Positions 30,936 to 45,854 are shown, counted from the stretch's first letter. The stretch: 64,000 nucleotides of DNA from Eledone cirrhosa (GCA_964016885.1 OZ024746.1:27404001-27468000), one strand, 5' to 3'. Made by a program: numbers and translations. Notes: generated by a model not told the origin, from the sequence alone.

Positions 30936-31958
30936 TCTATATACATAAATGGCAATTTCTGTCTGTTTGTGTGTGTGTGTTTGTTTGTGGTTTGTGTGTT
31001 TGTTTGTTTGTGGATTTGTTTGTGAACCTAAAACTCAAAAACCACCAAACCGATCTTGATGAAACTTGACACGCGTGTATCTCTCATGCCCATTTTATTT
31101 CTTACGTAGTAAGAAGTTCCAAAAAATCGATAATTTCCAGTCTGCATCGATTTTTTATAAATCAATAGGAAATTTGCATGCAAATGCTCATATGAATATT
31201 ATTTTCTACCATAACTTTTAAAGTTCTCAACAGATTTCCTTCAAAATTGAAACAGATAAATTATGTGCTAAGAATGGCTTTAGGCTTTAGGCTAATTGTC
31301 CTACACAACTCGTGGAAGGCAAACCTATTTTTCATTTGGTTTGTTTCTTCTGATATGAGCAACCAATTTGCTTTAAACTGTACAGGTGCATTATTTATGT
31401 ATCAATAAGGTGTTAAAATTTCCCCCAGGGCACCTTAAAGCGAAAACACCGTAAATATCGAATGTCGCAAATGCTTTTTTCAAACATCATACATACACCA
31501 CTTATGTGCAGTGGATGGTTTTCTCCAGCGAGACAGTGCTGTACAACAATGGATGGATAACAATCGAATTTGCCCTCCACGGGCCGAGTTTTACCCAGAC
31601 AAATGGGATTCATGGGCTCTGGATGGGTAATGCGCGGGTATTTTCCAAAAATGTATACCGGGCGGAACCCTTTGTGAATCGAATAGAAATTTCAACGGGC
31701 CACAGTTGACACTCGGGCCGTAAGGATATTTAAAAATTACCTACCGCCATAGGCTGTGGCATCTTTGCTGCTAACATGCGTATATTTAACCGAATGGAAC
31801 ATCTGGGGGTCACATTAACCAGTTGGCCGTGGTGTGGACATCTCCGACGATGACCATGTTTTCTTATAAGACAATTCAACTGAGAGCTTCATAAAGTGTT
31901 ATTTCTGCACAAACAATTGTATTACTTAAACCCTAGCAACGCTGGGTACCTCAGCTAG
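30936..31958 (+). mobile_element. Non-autonomous Helitron-like element
   Basis: 5' TC (TCTATATACATAAAT, followed by a TGTY/GT microsatellite), 3' hairpin CCTAGC-AAC-GCTGGG shortly before terminal CTAG (31955-31958), inserted between A and T without an evident TSD. Confidence 0.75.
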
Positions 31959-32275
31959 TATATATATATATATATATATATAAAACAAAGCGAGGTTCCA
32001 CATTAAGTTTCTTTATTGATTATAATCAGTTACAACCGTTTCACTGATGGTTGGCTCAGGATCTATGTAAATGCTGTAGACCAGACTGCTCAAAAGACTT
32101 GTTAATCAAGCGTAACCACCAGACTGCATCCCGTACCAAATACTAGTAGTGATCAATCAGCGAGCACATCGAGAGTCAGACAGTCAACTAAGCGCACACA
32201 CGTACACACACATGCATACAACCACATACGTACGCATACATAGATGCAAGTAAGTACACAAACATATATATATAT

Positions 32276-32325
<50 letters not shown>

Positions 32326-32872
32326 ATTTTCGCGGAATTTAAATTATAAAGTTTCCAGTCAGGCCTTCTGTCGTTTTGTTGAATATTTCCTGTCAATCTA
32401 TCCACCACTACCAAACTCTCCCCCTCTCTATATTTCTATCAATCCTCTCACTCTATTCATTACCACCAAGCTTTCCCCCTCTCTACATCAACCATACAAA
32501 TTACTCTCCCCAAACCCCCTCTCTATATCAATTAATACCAAACTCTACCCCTCTCTATATCTACTACACGGAACACCCTTTTCATTCCCCTCTCTATATC
32601 AATATATATATGAATCTCTCCCACTCTCTATATCTAATATACAACACACTCTCCCAACCTTCCTCACTATATCAATTACCATCAAACTCTACCCCTCTCT
32701 ATATCTATATCTATCTCTCCCATCTGTCTCTACACAACATCTACATAAATTGTAGCGCATCTAGAAGTAGATGTGTGTTTTGGTAGTTTGGGGAGAAAAA
32801 TATAAATATTTGGGGCCCCCCCCCCCCGGCCTCCCAGTTCTACCACCCCTGATAATATATATATACATATAT

Positions 32873-33044
32873 AACGAAGGAATGGTGGTAAGGAACCAGA
32901 TGGACCATAACGCCCCAGAGTACTCAATACTTAGGGTAGTAGAGTGGGTAATAGGAAAAAGTATGACCACCGACGGCAGAGCTCAAGCCGTTTCGACGGC
33001 TATTTCTAGACGTCTAGAAATAGCCTTCGAAACGGCTTGAGCTC
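32873..33044. repeat. Family P copy with 66-bp loop-less palindrome
   Basis: GAGCTC...TTTCTAGAC|GTCTAGAAA...GAGCTC at 32979-33044 with one mismatch. Confidence 0.85.
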
Positions 33045-33083
33045 CTATATATATATAAATATATATATATATATAGGAAAAAG

Positions 33084-33133
<50 letters not shown>

Positions 33134-33139
33134 AAAAAG

Positions 33140-33171
<32 letters not shown>

Positions 33172-33175
33172 CAAG

Positions 33176-33207
<32 letters not shown>

Positions 33208-33208
33208 A

Positions 33209-33263
<55 letters not shown>

Positions 33264-33668
33264 AGTATGTATATAAATATATATGTGTCGGTGTGTGTGT
33301 GTGTAAGTATATCTGTCTGTCTGTGTATCTGTTGTTTTCTTGTCCAGTATCCGTTATTTTTTTCTATAGTGACTATGGGTGCCTGGGGAAATGTAGGTCA
33401 GTTATTGAAGCATCCGAAAGTACAAAATATTCAGTAGGCAGCTGATACGCGGGAATTCTTCATATTCGCCTCCTCCATGGTTTCTATATCAATCGTGTGT
33501 CCCATGTGAAAATTTCGTGCATTCACACACACTCACGCACACACACACCCACACACATATATACACACACACGCATATACATACGTGCATATAAATGTTT
33601 AGTTCTAGATGTATAGGTTTATGAATAACGATTTCTTTTATTAATGATTTCTATAAATTACATTTAAT

Positions 33669-33856
33669 TGTTTCTACTTTTTGGCACAGGGCCAGCAATT
33701 GCCCAGTGTATTACTGGTACTTTATTTTATCGACTCCATAAGGATGAAAGGCAAAGTTAACTTCGGCGGGATTTGAACTCAGAATGGCAAGGGCCGTAAC
33801 TCTATGCGTCAAAGCATGGTGTCCGACTCTCTACCGATACTGCCAATCCACTGCCC
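33669..33856 (-). mobile_element. SINE S1 full-length copy with 20-bp TSD
   Basis: TTCTATAAATTACATTTAAT at 33649-33668 and 33857-33876 flanks a complete head-core-tail SINE. Confidence 0.9.
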
Positions 33857-33920
33857 TTCTATAAATTACATTTAATGATGTAGCATAGCTTTCTTCGTGT
33901 GTGTGTGTGTGGTGTGGTGT

Positions 33921-33966
<46 letters not shown>

Positions 33967-35669
33967 TATGTGTGTCTGTGTGTGCGTGCATGCGTCTGTG
34001 TGTGTCTGAATATCCGTGAGCGCTTGTTCTTTGTCTGTATCTGTTCCTGTATGTGACTCTGTGTGTGTGTGTGTGTCTGTCTGCGTGCATGTGTGAGTGT
34101 GTGTGTGTTTATCTGTGTCTGTTTGTGTGTGCGTGCGTATGTGTATGTCAGTGTGTTAGTTTGTGTATGTATGTGTATGTACATGTGTATGTGTGGCTGT
34201 ATGTGCTTATGTGTGCATCTGTAATATGCTTCAGAAAGGAGAATTCAAGTTTAAATTTTCTTTCTTATTAACTTTAGTATTATGCAACAGCTCAAGTTAT
34301 TTTTATATCTCTCAATTCCAATACTATCTCTGAATTGGCAATGATACACTGTCACTAAACTTTTATTGAGCAAGTTTCATATAAGATAAAGATTAACAAT
34401 TTAAAATGTGCCAAGAATGTTTGTAAACACATATATTATGTGTTTTAAAGTCTCTTTGCATCTGATGCCAAATTATTCTCATATGAATATATTGTGTGTA
34501 TTGACATAAAAATAATAGCGTTCTCTGGTAGGTTGCTTTAGTATTTAGTCTCAGGTCAGTCTGACCAGGGTTGATCACGCCTCCCTTCTTTCTGTATTAA
34601 TATATCCTTTACATTATTCAATGTGTCTTTCGCTTTTATTAGTGGGCTGTTTTGAATTGTGTGTGACTCGGCTACCTTTTCTAGTAGGTCGTTAAGGTCA
34701 GGTAGAAGCTCCATACTTAACTCCTAGTAATGTTATTACAGTGTTTAGCACCAGGTCAAGACTAATCAACGGTTTTGCAGCTGGAAAGTTCATCTCCAAC
34801 ACGCAAGCTTAAGTATGGCGTTTTGTGGAAGACCAACAATCAACCATGCATAGCAGTCTCTCCTATCCACGCGATAGACCTTATCCAAGGAAAAGGCAAT
34901 AGCCGAAAAGGTTTGGCACCAGTGTCGTCGTAACTCGAAACAGATCCTTTATAGACACTATTTACTTTATATACACACTGTATAGATTGCGGCCAACGGA
35001 AAGGTAAAAGGCAACAGTTTGGTAACAGTGTCTTCGCAACTGATTTTTTCCCTCATGAATAAATTTAAGTAACATAAAATAAATTGTCTAGTTCCGGAAT
35101 CGAACTCACGATCTTACGATTGCGAGCCTAACATTCTAAATACTAGGCCTTGACCCACATATATGATCAATATTGATTAGCGTTGCATTCTCTATTGAAG
35201 AAATATTTATGCATATTCAATATTAAATATTTACAAGTAGAAAGAGAAAGAAAAATGGAAAATAATGTAAAAATAAATCACAAATTGAGGATGGGGAAAT
35301 GGGGAGGGGGTAAATGACACAACTATTGGTCGGGCTCCACGGAAGATGTTGCCACACTTTCTGGGACTCGCAGATGGTGACGGAACATGTAGTGATACTT
35401 TCTGGGCCTCGCAGACTAGATGTCCGCGAAATATGTTGCGAAACTTTCTCTACAACCACCACACCACCACCAACACCACAACCACCACCATCACCATCAT
35501 CAACATGACCTCAGCCACTAATATCACCACCACATCTATTAGTGTTAGCAAGTATGACCAATCACCATGGACACCATTCAACTGTCGTATCTATATCCAA
35601 TTAATATTGAAAGATCGAAGACATTCTCATCTGAACTTTTGACATCCAACGAGACGACGTGGAAAGAGG

Positions 35670-37170
35670 TGGGTGGTGGAGGAGGGTGGGAATAATGTTT
35701 GGTTTGCAATGGCGGTGATGGTGATAATGGGGGTGGTAGTGAGGATGGTGGTGGTGGTGGTGGTGGTGGTGATGTTAATGTTGGTAGTGTTGGTGATAAT
35801 GGGGGTGGTAGTGAGGATGGTGGTGGTGGTGGTGATAATGGTGGTGGTGGTGGTAATAAATGGTGTTGGTGGTAGTGTGGTGGTGATGTTGGTGGTGGTG
35901 GTGGTGATAATGGGGGTGGTAGTGAGGATGGTGGTGGTGATGATAGTGATGTTACTGTTGGTAGTGTGGTGGTGATGGTGGCGTTGGTGATAATGGGGTT
36001 GGTAGTGAGGATGGTGGTGGTGGTGATGGTGATGTTACTGTTGGTAGTGTGGTGGTGATGGTGGCGTTGGTGATAATGGGGGTGGTAGTGAGGATGGTGG
36101 TGGTGGTGGTGATGATAGTGATGGTGGTAGTGTGGTGGTGATGGTAGTGTTGGTGATAATGGGGGTGGTAGTGAGGATGGTGGTGGTGGTGGTGATGATA
36201 GTGATGGTGGTAGTGTGGTGTTGGTGGTAGTGTGTTGGTGATGTTGGTGGTGGTGGTGGTGGTAATGAGGGTGGTAGTGAGGATGGTAGCGGTGAGGATG
36301 GTAGCGATGGTGACATTGTTGATGGTGATGGTGAGGGTGATGGTGGTAGCATGGTGGTGATGGCGGTGATGGCGGTAGTGAGGATGGTGGTGGTGATGAT
36401 GATGACATTGTAGATGGTGGTGGTGATGGTAGTAGTGTGGGGGGTGATGGTGATGGTGGTAGTGGTGGTAATGGTGATGGTAGTGGTGGTAGTGTGGTGG
36501 TGATAGTGGTGGTAGTAGTGGTGGAGTGGGTGATGGTGTTGGTGTTGGTGTTGGTGTTGGTGATGATAGATGATTCGGGTGACTGCTGGTATTGGTTTTG
36601 TTGTTGGTGGCGGTGGTGGAGGTAGTGGTGGTGCTGCTGAGGTGATTGTGGTGTTGGAGATGGTGGTGACTGTGATGGTGGTGGCTGTGATGGTGTTGAT
36701 GGTTTTGATGGTGGTGATGGTGGCGGTGAGGCTGTATATGACGGTGATGGCGATGATGGTGATGGTGATGATGGTGGAAGTGATGATGGTGATGATGATG
36801 GCTGTCAGTGTTAATTGTGTTGATGATGGTGATTGTAATGATGTTGGTGATAATTGTGACAGTGTTGATGGTGATTGTAATGATGTTGATGACGATGGTG
36901 ACGATAGCAACGATTATGAAGGTGATAATGACGATGATGATGGTGTTGATGGTGATGATGATGATGATGATGGTGATGTGGTGGTGATGATGGTGATGAT
37001 AATGGTGATGATGGTGATTCATGATGGTGATGATGATGGTGATGATGATGGTGATGATGGTGAGGATCACGATGATGAGGGTGATGATAATGGTGATGAT
37101 GGTGGTTATTGTCCTGATAGTGGTGATGGCGATGATGATGATAATGATGCTGGCGATGACGACAATGGTG
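35670..37170. repeat. Long degenerate (GGT/GAT)n tract with higher-order units
   Basis: The unit GGTGATAATGGGGGTGGTAGTGAGGATGGTGG recurs several times at 35720-36300. His/Pro/Thr-rich pseudo-ORFs appear in multiple frames. Confidence 0.9.
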
Positions 37171-37480
37171 AATATAGTGATTTAGTCGTGTTGATTTAAT
37201 TCATATGACTTTGGCAGTCATCCAACAAGACAAAGCATCTTTTAGCTGGCCTAGCACTAATGAAAGAGCCATTTACGATAATGTCGACCAGAAATCAATA
37301 TTTCTCATAGAAACATTATTACCATTTACCTATTCCTCCCCATCCCCCCTCCTCCTCCTCCTCCTCCTCCTCCTCCTCCTTATCATCATCGTCATCGTCA
37401 TCGTCATCGTCATCATCGTCATCAGAAATGATTTCACACAAATTATATACGCAATTTTATGTGTATGTGAGAAGACTACG

Positions 37481-37518
<38 letters not shown>

Positions 37519-37653
37519 GTCCCCTCTCTCTCTTACTCTCTCTCTCTCTCTCAGACACACACACTCTCTCTCTCCTCTCTCTTTCTCTCTCTCTCTATAT
37601 ATATATAGTGCCCAATTTGGTGAACCAACAGTATCTTGATCTTACAATCCCTA

Positions 37654-37705
<52 letters not shown>

Positions 37706-38055
37706 GTGGACTGGCCAGGTTGCCAGGTTTCCCAATGGCGAGTGGGCCCCAGGGTGCCCACGGTAGCATTGTAGGATCCCACAATAGTATTGTAGGGCCC
37801 ACCGTAGTATTTTAGGGGCCAATGCTTTGCTTTCAAAAAATACATGAAGTCTAAGAGAAACAATAACATTTTTCTTTAAATAAGTAAAACAATTAAGCAA
37901 AGCATTTGGTCAACCAATTCCCCAGGGAATTACTAGAAACCAAAATATATATGATAGTGCAAGTAGCTGGAATCAGTGGTTGTACATTCTACTAAATCTA
38001 AAGCGTAGTGTGTTTATTAGTGCATGCAAACATACATATATAGACACACACAAGC

Positions 38056-38099
<44 letters not shown>

Positions 38100-38106
<7 letters not shown>

Positions 38107-38503
38107 TGTATATATAGTGCATTTGGTAATACACTGTATGCTTAATTAAAAGCATTTTGAAGACCTTACGCTATTGTTTTAAAGTAGTGACTATGTCACT
38201 TACTTCTTTTTCAACAAACAAAGGGAGATAAGCTGACAGATCTCTGTTTCATACTGTTGGTATTCCTCAGAGCTTAGCACTCCCCTTGTTTGTTGAAAAT
38301 TATGAATGTTGGATTCTTATAGAATTCCAGTAATAATCAGGGACTGATCATACAGAGCGGTTGCCGGTCCAGCAAAAATTGTTTGTTGAAAAAAGAAGTA
38401 AGTGACATAGTCACTACTTTAAAACAATAGCGTAAGGTCTTCAAAATGCTTTTAATTAAGCATACAGTGTATTACCAAATACACTATATATACATTCATA
38501 TAT
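38100..38503. mobile_element. MITE-like fold-back element with about 120-bp inverted repeats
   Basis: 38100-38220 is the near-perfect reverse complement of 38378-38503. Flanked by diverged direct repeats at 37763-37962 and 38544-38698. Confidence 0.75.
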
Positions 38504-38949
38504 ACATCGCTATTTCAGAGCACCAATTCTAATATATATATATAGTAGCATTGCAGGGCCCACTGTATTATTTTAGGAGCCAATGAAGTCTAAGAGAAAG
38601 AATAACTAAAAAAAATTAAATAAAAACTGTTAAGCAAAGCATTTGGTCAACTAGTTCCCCAGGGAATTAATAGAAACTAAAATATATGATAGTGCAAATG
38701 GCATGGTTACTGATAACGAATGTTACAAAGTTAAGGGAATACAAACAAGAGATATACATTTTCCCTTTCTCAGTTGTCTACTAGGGGTCACGGATGTTTC
38801 AGCGCATTATCTATATATATATATCAAGTTTAATATAGAAATAGCTTCTACGGGGTTAGAACTGTTTCATTCATATATATATATATATATATATATATGT
38901 AAGTATGTATGTATACGTACATACATATGTATACAGACGTACAGTAGCA

Positions 38950-39089
<140 letters not shown>

Positions 39090-39286
39090 CAGGTACACAC
39101 ATATATATATGTACGTATCAGTTTAGCGAACGTTTATTATAACGCCCGCTTTGTCCGTTTGTAAACAAGCGAACAGCCTGATTTATGCCATACGGTGTTA
39201 AGGCAACCACGTCACCTTTTTTTTTTTTTTGTAAGTAAGTGCCGTACTAAGAGTGAGAAATGAAATTTCATTTCATTATATTACAA

Positions 39287-39379
<93 letters not shown>

Positions 39380-39544
39380 GTGTTAAACAATATTCAATGA
39401 TTATGTCAAAGAATGAGTTTTACAGTAGATTGGAAGCACTCTACGGTAAAATAATTTTCCGAAGTTATTAATATTAAAATATAAATGTTAATAAACAAAT
39501 ATATATATAAAACAAAGAATATAATGTATCATTATATTTTGTCT

Positions 39545-39634
39545 TAACTTTGCCTTTCACCCTTACGGGGTCGATAAAATAAAGTACCAGTAATGTACTG
39601 GGTTATTGCTGGCCTTGTGCCTAAAGTAGAAACA
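39545..39634 (+). mobile_element. 5'-truncated SINE S1 with 14-bp TSD
   Basis: ATTATATTTTGTCT at 39531-39544 and 39635-39648. Confidence 0.85.
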
Positions 39635-39639
39635 ATTAT

Positions 39640-39692
39640 ATTTTGTCTGATGAGGACGTACTGTTGTACATCCGAAATATGTATAATAAAAT
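39640..39692 (+). ncRNA. Minimal hammerhead ribozyme motif (family H1b), intact core
   Basis: ATTTTGT-CTGATGA-GGACGTAC-TGTT-GTACATCC-GAAA-TATGTAT-A-ATAAAAT, giving a 7-bp stem I, a 7/8-bp stem II and an AUA cleavage triplet. Confidence 0.75.
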
Positions 39693-39733
39693 GTAATTGA
39701 TCAAAAGAACATCTATTTTATTAATATTTATAT

Positions 39734-39805
<72 letters not shown>

Positions 39806-39892
39806 CTGTGTTTGTGTGTGTATATACTCTGGTGCGTTATGGTCCACTTGGTTCTTTACCACACTTTTTTGTTATTTTATATATATATATAT

Positions 39893-40155
39893 ATATTTGT
39901 TTTGCGAGGTTTTTTTTTATACGAAATCGTGTACCTAAACAAATATTGTTATACTTGGTGAGGGTCATATTATTGTAATAATATTGCCAGAAATAAATTA
40001 ACTGTGAAGATATAAAAGATACAGAACCGAAAACCAACCAAACAGTGAGTGTGTTCTGTTATTATTTCTGGCAATATTATTACAACAATATGACCGTCTC
40101 CCCAAGCATAACAATATTTGTTTCAACACACGATTTTATATAAAAAACCTCGCAA

Positions 40156-40163
<8 letters not shown>
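39893..40163. repeat. Family A inverted-repeat arrangement (about 100-bp diverged arms)
   Basis: 39893-39995 pairs with 40060-40163, embedded in (TA)n. Confidence 0.75.
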
Positions 40164-40236
<73 letters not shown>

Positions 40237-40679
40237 TAGCGAGAATCGTATTTCAGCTCAGGAATTAACGAAAAACAACTTCCGAGATGTGTGGCAAGCG
40301 CTCGATGATTCATATGAATCAGAGCTACAACATACTTTAAAGGCCAAACACACTGAGATGGTGGTTAAACTAATCATCCGCACAACCCCCCAAAACGACC
40401 AAATAATTCGGGTCAAACAATAAAAATATATGTGATTTAAAATTTATCCGGACCCCTGGACGGCTGGTAAAATCCAGTATTTGGGTTTCTGCGACTCCAG
40501 AAATCAATTACTGTCCGCTTACATAAAGAATGTTAGGCTTCTGGTAAGATGAATGGACAAGGAAGCCGTGTTATCAACGGGTTTTTGCTCAAATGCTATA
40601 CATAAGTGTGACTATTACTGACCCCACGTGGAGTTCAGCAAGGGAGGCAACACTTATATTAGGCGAATGAATTCAGTTG

Positions 40680-40779
<100 letters not shown>

Positions 40780-40836
40780 AATATATATATATATGCATAT
40801 ATATATATATATACATAAAAATATATATATATATGC

Positions 40837-40880
<44 letters not shown>

Positions 40881-40919
40881 CGTTTCTGAATTATTGGCAA
40901 CATGACCCTCCCAAAGTAT

Positions 40920-41068
<149 letters not shown>

Positions 41069-41085
41069 AATATATATATATATGC

Positions 41086-41167
<82 letters not shown>

Positions 41168-41598
41168 GCATATATATATATATTTTTATGTATATATATA
41201 TATATATATATGCATATATATATATATATATTTTTTTTTTTTAATATGCATATATATATATATTTATTTATATATATATATATGTGTGTATGTGTGTACA
41301 TATACATACTAGAACGTCTGATAGAATATTTCACACCATTTGTTCCGGCTCAATACACTATCACTTCAGACTCTACTTTTACATTTCATGTGGATAAATA
41401 AAGTACCAGTGTAATACTGGGGTCCACACTTTTCTATGTCTTTCTCACTTTCTCTCTCAGCTGTTTTCCTACCCGGAATGTGATGTGCTTTGCTATTTAA
41501 ATGCAAATGTTCGATGTAAACATGGATTGTTGGAAAGGTAGATAAACGAGCAGAGGAACGGTTGGAAAGACGGATGTATATATATATATATTTATATA

Positions 41599-41636
<38 letters not shown>

Positions 41637-41810
41637 TCGAAATCAATAAACGTGTCCGAGGAACCCGCGAGACTAGAGTCTGGTAGATCCACACATGGAT
41701 CGCGCGTCGAGCTGTCCGCCGGGGAAATAATTGTAACACACAATAAATTGTGTTCCGATGCATCTCTGATTTTTCGCTTTCCATTCCCCCCCTCTCTCTC
41801 TCTCTCTCTG

Positions 41811-42020
<210 letters not shown>

Positions 42021-42044
42021 TATATATATATATATATATATATA

Positions 42045-42226
<182 letters not shown>

Positions 42227-42232
42227 TGTATT

Positions 42233-42325
<93 letters not shown>

Positions 42326-42485
42326 TTAAATGTTAAACAAGGTTCAATGAATAAATCAAAGAATTAGTTTTACTAATTGTATCATATGTATCATGGTATA
42401 TAAATATTGAGTTTTGTCATATCTTACTCACTACCATGACTCAATCTTAACTATCTACTATGTTAGGGTATGTCATGCATCATCT

Positions 42486-42552
42486 TATCTTATCTGATGA
42501 GGACGTACTGTTGAAGTTAGCTCAGTACCTCTGAAATATGTATAATAAAATA
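42486..42552 (+). ncRNA. Minimal hammerhead ribozyme motif (family H1)
   Basis: Same architecture as 480-544, within a shared repeat of about 190 bp (388-575 vs 42395-42585). Confidence 0.7.
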
Positions 42553-42593
42553 TACTTGATCACAAGAATATCTATTTTTGTTAATACTTTGAA

Positions 42594-42655
<62 letters not shown>

Positions 42656-43199
42656 ATGGAAAACGAAACATGAGTGATGCATCGGAACTCAATTTATATT
42701 TATATATGTGTGTGTGTGTGTGTGCCTGTGTTTATGTGTGTTTGTAGGTGGATATATCTGTCGCTGGTGAAATGAAATAGCTGCTACATTGTACGAGGGA
42801 TTTCTATTGCTATCTAACAAATATACTCCACATGAGATATCAATTCAAATATTGTATTTCTATGTTGGAGTACATAAGTACGAGACATTTTTCGATGAAA
42901 ATATATATGAGATCAATGAACCATTTAGAAACCAATAACAAGATGAATCATTCAGAAACAAGGTGAAACTAATTCAACTACTTTGTAATCAATCTCAATA
43001 AATGGATTTGAGATATATTTGGTTTGATATCTAATTCATCGTGAGTGAATATACACCCGGATTTAGCTTTGATACTATAAAAATAGTGTTTTATAAATCC
43101 AATGGATGCAGGCATGGCAGAGTGGTTAAGATGTTCGCTTCGCAATACATACATACATGATGACGGCTGCAACTAAATTTCGAATAATGCTATCGCTTG

Positions 43200-43500
43200 A
43201 TGCGTAAGCATATGCAGAAAGCAAAGGGTGTCCTTTAATCAGATCTGCACAACACATGCCAGGACAGCCCATCATCTCCATCGATGAAGAATGAAAGACA
43301 GCTTAGCATGTGACTGTGGGGTCCCTGACCAGACAGTACTGCATTTTGTTCGGGATTGCCCCCCCCCCCCCCCTCAGATGTTTTCCTGGCGGCCTCGAGA
43401 CTATCCATAATACTGCAAATGACGCCTTGGTCTGGCTCACCGGTCTCGACTTGCCTCTCTAGCTACTGTGTATATGTCATACGACAATAAGTTAGTAAAT
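43200..43500 (+). mobile_element. 3' end of an ingi/Vingi-like LINE (degenerate)
   Basis: Translates to NQICTTHARTAHHLHR*RMKDSLACDCGVPDQTVLHFVRDCP...GGLETIHN...DALVWL (C-x-C...H...C finger), then CATACGACAATAA. The clade assignment is from memory. Confidence 0.55.
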
Positions 43501-43546
43501 ACATATATATACACATTTACATAGATACATACACATATATATCTCT

Positions 43547-44150
43547 AATGCGGGTAAAATTCCCGAGATCCATGGACGAGTTCTCTCCAGCGGTCTCTGT
43601 CCCTCATTATCGCTGCCATGTCCTGCGTCTCCAACAGACCAGTGTCTGTCCTTAGGGCATCAACATACGTTAACCTTGGTCTTCCTCTTCTAGTGTGTCC
43701 ATGTAGGGGCTCCTAAAGGAGCACTGAGTGCAATGTCAACTCTGGATGTCGGTGAGCATGTCCAGCTAACCTCAATCTCCTCTGTGTCACTTTTGAGCTG
43801 ACTTTTGGGATGCTCCCATACAGCTCCGAGTTTTTCATCCTCAGTGTATACTGATTAATGTTCAGTAAAGCCGCTAGAATTGGTTGAGGGCTTTCTGTAT
43901 TTGGGAGCAAAGATTGGGTATACGGAAGATGATGTGGTTGAGAGGAAGAGCAAGGCCTGGGCGGCGTGCCACAGCTTGAGATCGGTGTGGAGGTCGGACC
44001 TTCGTAGAGACCTGAAAATCCGCCTCTTCATTAATGTAGTGGAGTGCTGTATGGGTCTGAGACTTGGACACTGACCAAGAAACTCACTCAGATGGTGGAT
44101 GGGTGCTACACGAGAATGCTGAGGATGGCTCTGAACATTAATCAGTATAC
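43547..44150 (-). mobile_element. RTE LINE insertion with inverted 5' segment
   Basis: 43547-43865 is the RTE 3' end on the minus strand. 43872-44149 is the immediately upstream RTE segment on the plus strand. Both contain CTGAACATTAATCAGTATACAC. Confidence 0.85.
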
Positions 44151-44732
44151 ACACATATATATATACATATATATACATTTACATAGATACATACACATAT
44201 ACATATATACATATATACATATTTACATAGATACATACACACATACATATAAACATATATCCATATATACATATATACATGTGTACATACTTCCATACGT
44301 ATATAAATGATAAATACAAAAATATAAATAGATACATACACGCATACACTCATATCCTTATATCGACCCTGTTTTGTGAGTGAAACTGAATACAGGGAGA
44401 CTGTGAAATCCCATAGATTGGCTGTGTCTATAATTTAGCGTTCCAGATATTGTATTTCGCTGATACGGCTTAGAAAATGAATTAATGGGAGATGTATCTA
44501 TGGAATATTCATATTACATGTTAAGTCCTGAGATTTTAGTTCATTGTATCGATCAACTGAATGTTCATCATCGGGTCTGACGGAGAATCTATCATATCCA
44601 TCCAAATATATTTTTCCCTTATTTCTTTGGCATCAAGATATTCCATGAATAAGCATTCTTATCATAATATAAAGGGTTTTTATATATATATAAATAAATA
44701 TATATATATATGTGTGTGTATGTATATGGTAC

Positions 44733-44770
<38 letters not shown>

Positions 44771-44779
44771 TTCTCTCCC

Positions 44780-44851
<72 letters not shown>

Positions 44852-44889
44852 TATATATATGTATACACATTTATATATTTATATATATC

Positions 44890-45217
44890 ATCATTTCATT
44901 TTACGTCCGCTTTTTCCCTGCTTGCAAGGGTGGGACGGGAACTGATTCTGGCTTGATTTCTACAGCTGGATGCCCTTCCTAACACCAACCTCATTTACAG
45001 TGAGTGCTGGGTGCTTTTTTTGCACCTCCACAACCACTTTGCAGTGGAGTGATATGGACCCCAGTCCCTATCATCTCATTTCTACAGCTGAGTAAACTGG
45101 AGCAATATGAAATAAAGTGTCTTGCTCAAGGAAACAACACATCAGCCGGTCTGAGAATTGAACTCACAACCTTTTGATTGCAAGGCCAATGCTCTAACCA
45201 CTAAGCCATGTGCCTCC
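44890..45217 (-). mobile_element. Second tRNA-derived SINE family (S2)
   Basis: Minus-strand head GGAGGCACATGGCTTAGTGGTTAGAGC...GAGTTCAATTC and core CCTTGAGCAAGACACTT. Related remnants near 19.0, 27.9 and 35.1 kb. Confidence 0.7.
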
Positions 45218-45257
<40 letters not shown>

Positions 45258-45287
45258 TGTATATATACATATATTATATATATATAT

Positions 45288-45429
<142 letters not shown>

Positions 45430-45440
45430 GTATATATACA

Positions 45441-45476
<36 letters not shown>

Positions 45477-45854
45477 TGTGTATGGTTGTGTGTGCTTGTT
45501 TGTATGTGTGTGTGTACAGTTTAGTATTCTGATTCTCAACTGTTATGAAAGAAAGACTTAGAAGGTGAAACATTAGAAATTATTACAAGAGTGATTAATC
45601 GAATGTTTTCTTTCATTGTTAAATATGAAGAGAAATCAAACAGACATAACCTAACGTTGGTTAGGAAGCATCATGAACCGTATTGCTCCGAAAGTCGTCG
45701 AAAACCCTTTAAGTAAATCCATTAATAACATGTAGCAGTGATTGACAAGAATTCAAAGCTGCCACTACCAAGAGAGGCATAAGTTCTGCCTGAATTAACA
45801 TTCGTAGCATAGCCACTTTTCTTTGATTGCTGAAATTGCTGCTACAAGCTTAAT

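Noticed and set aside
35578-37199. His/Pro/Thr-rich ORFs up to 372 aa resembling extensin or mucin
   Set aside because: Open in several frames and on both strands because of (GGT/GAT)n composition, with no unique domain or splice evidence. The same applies to 9089-9698 and 29023-29604.
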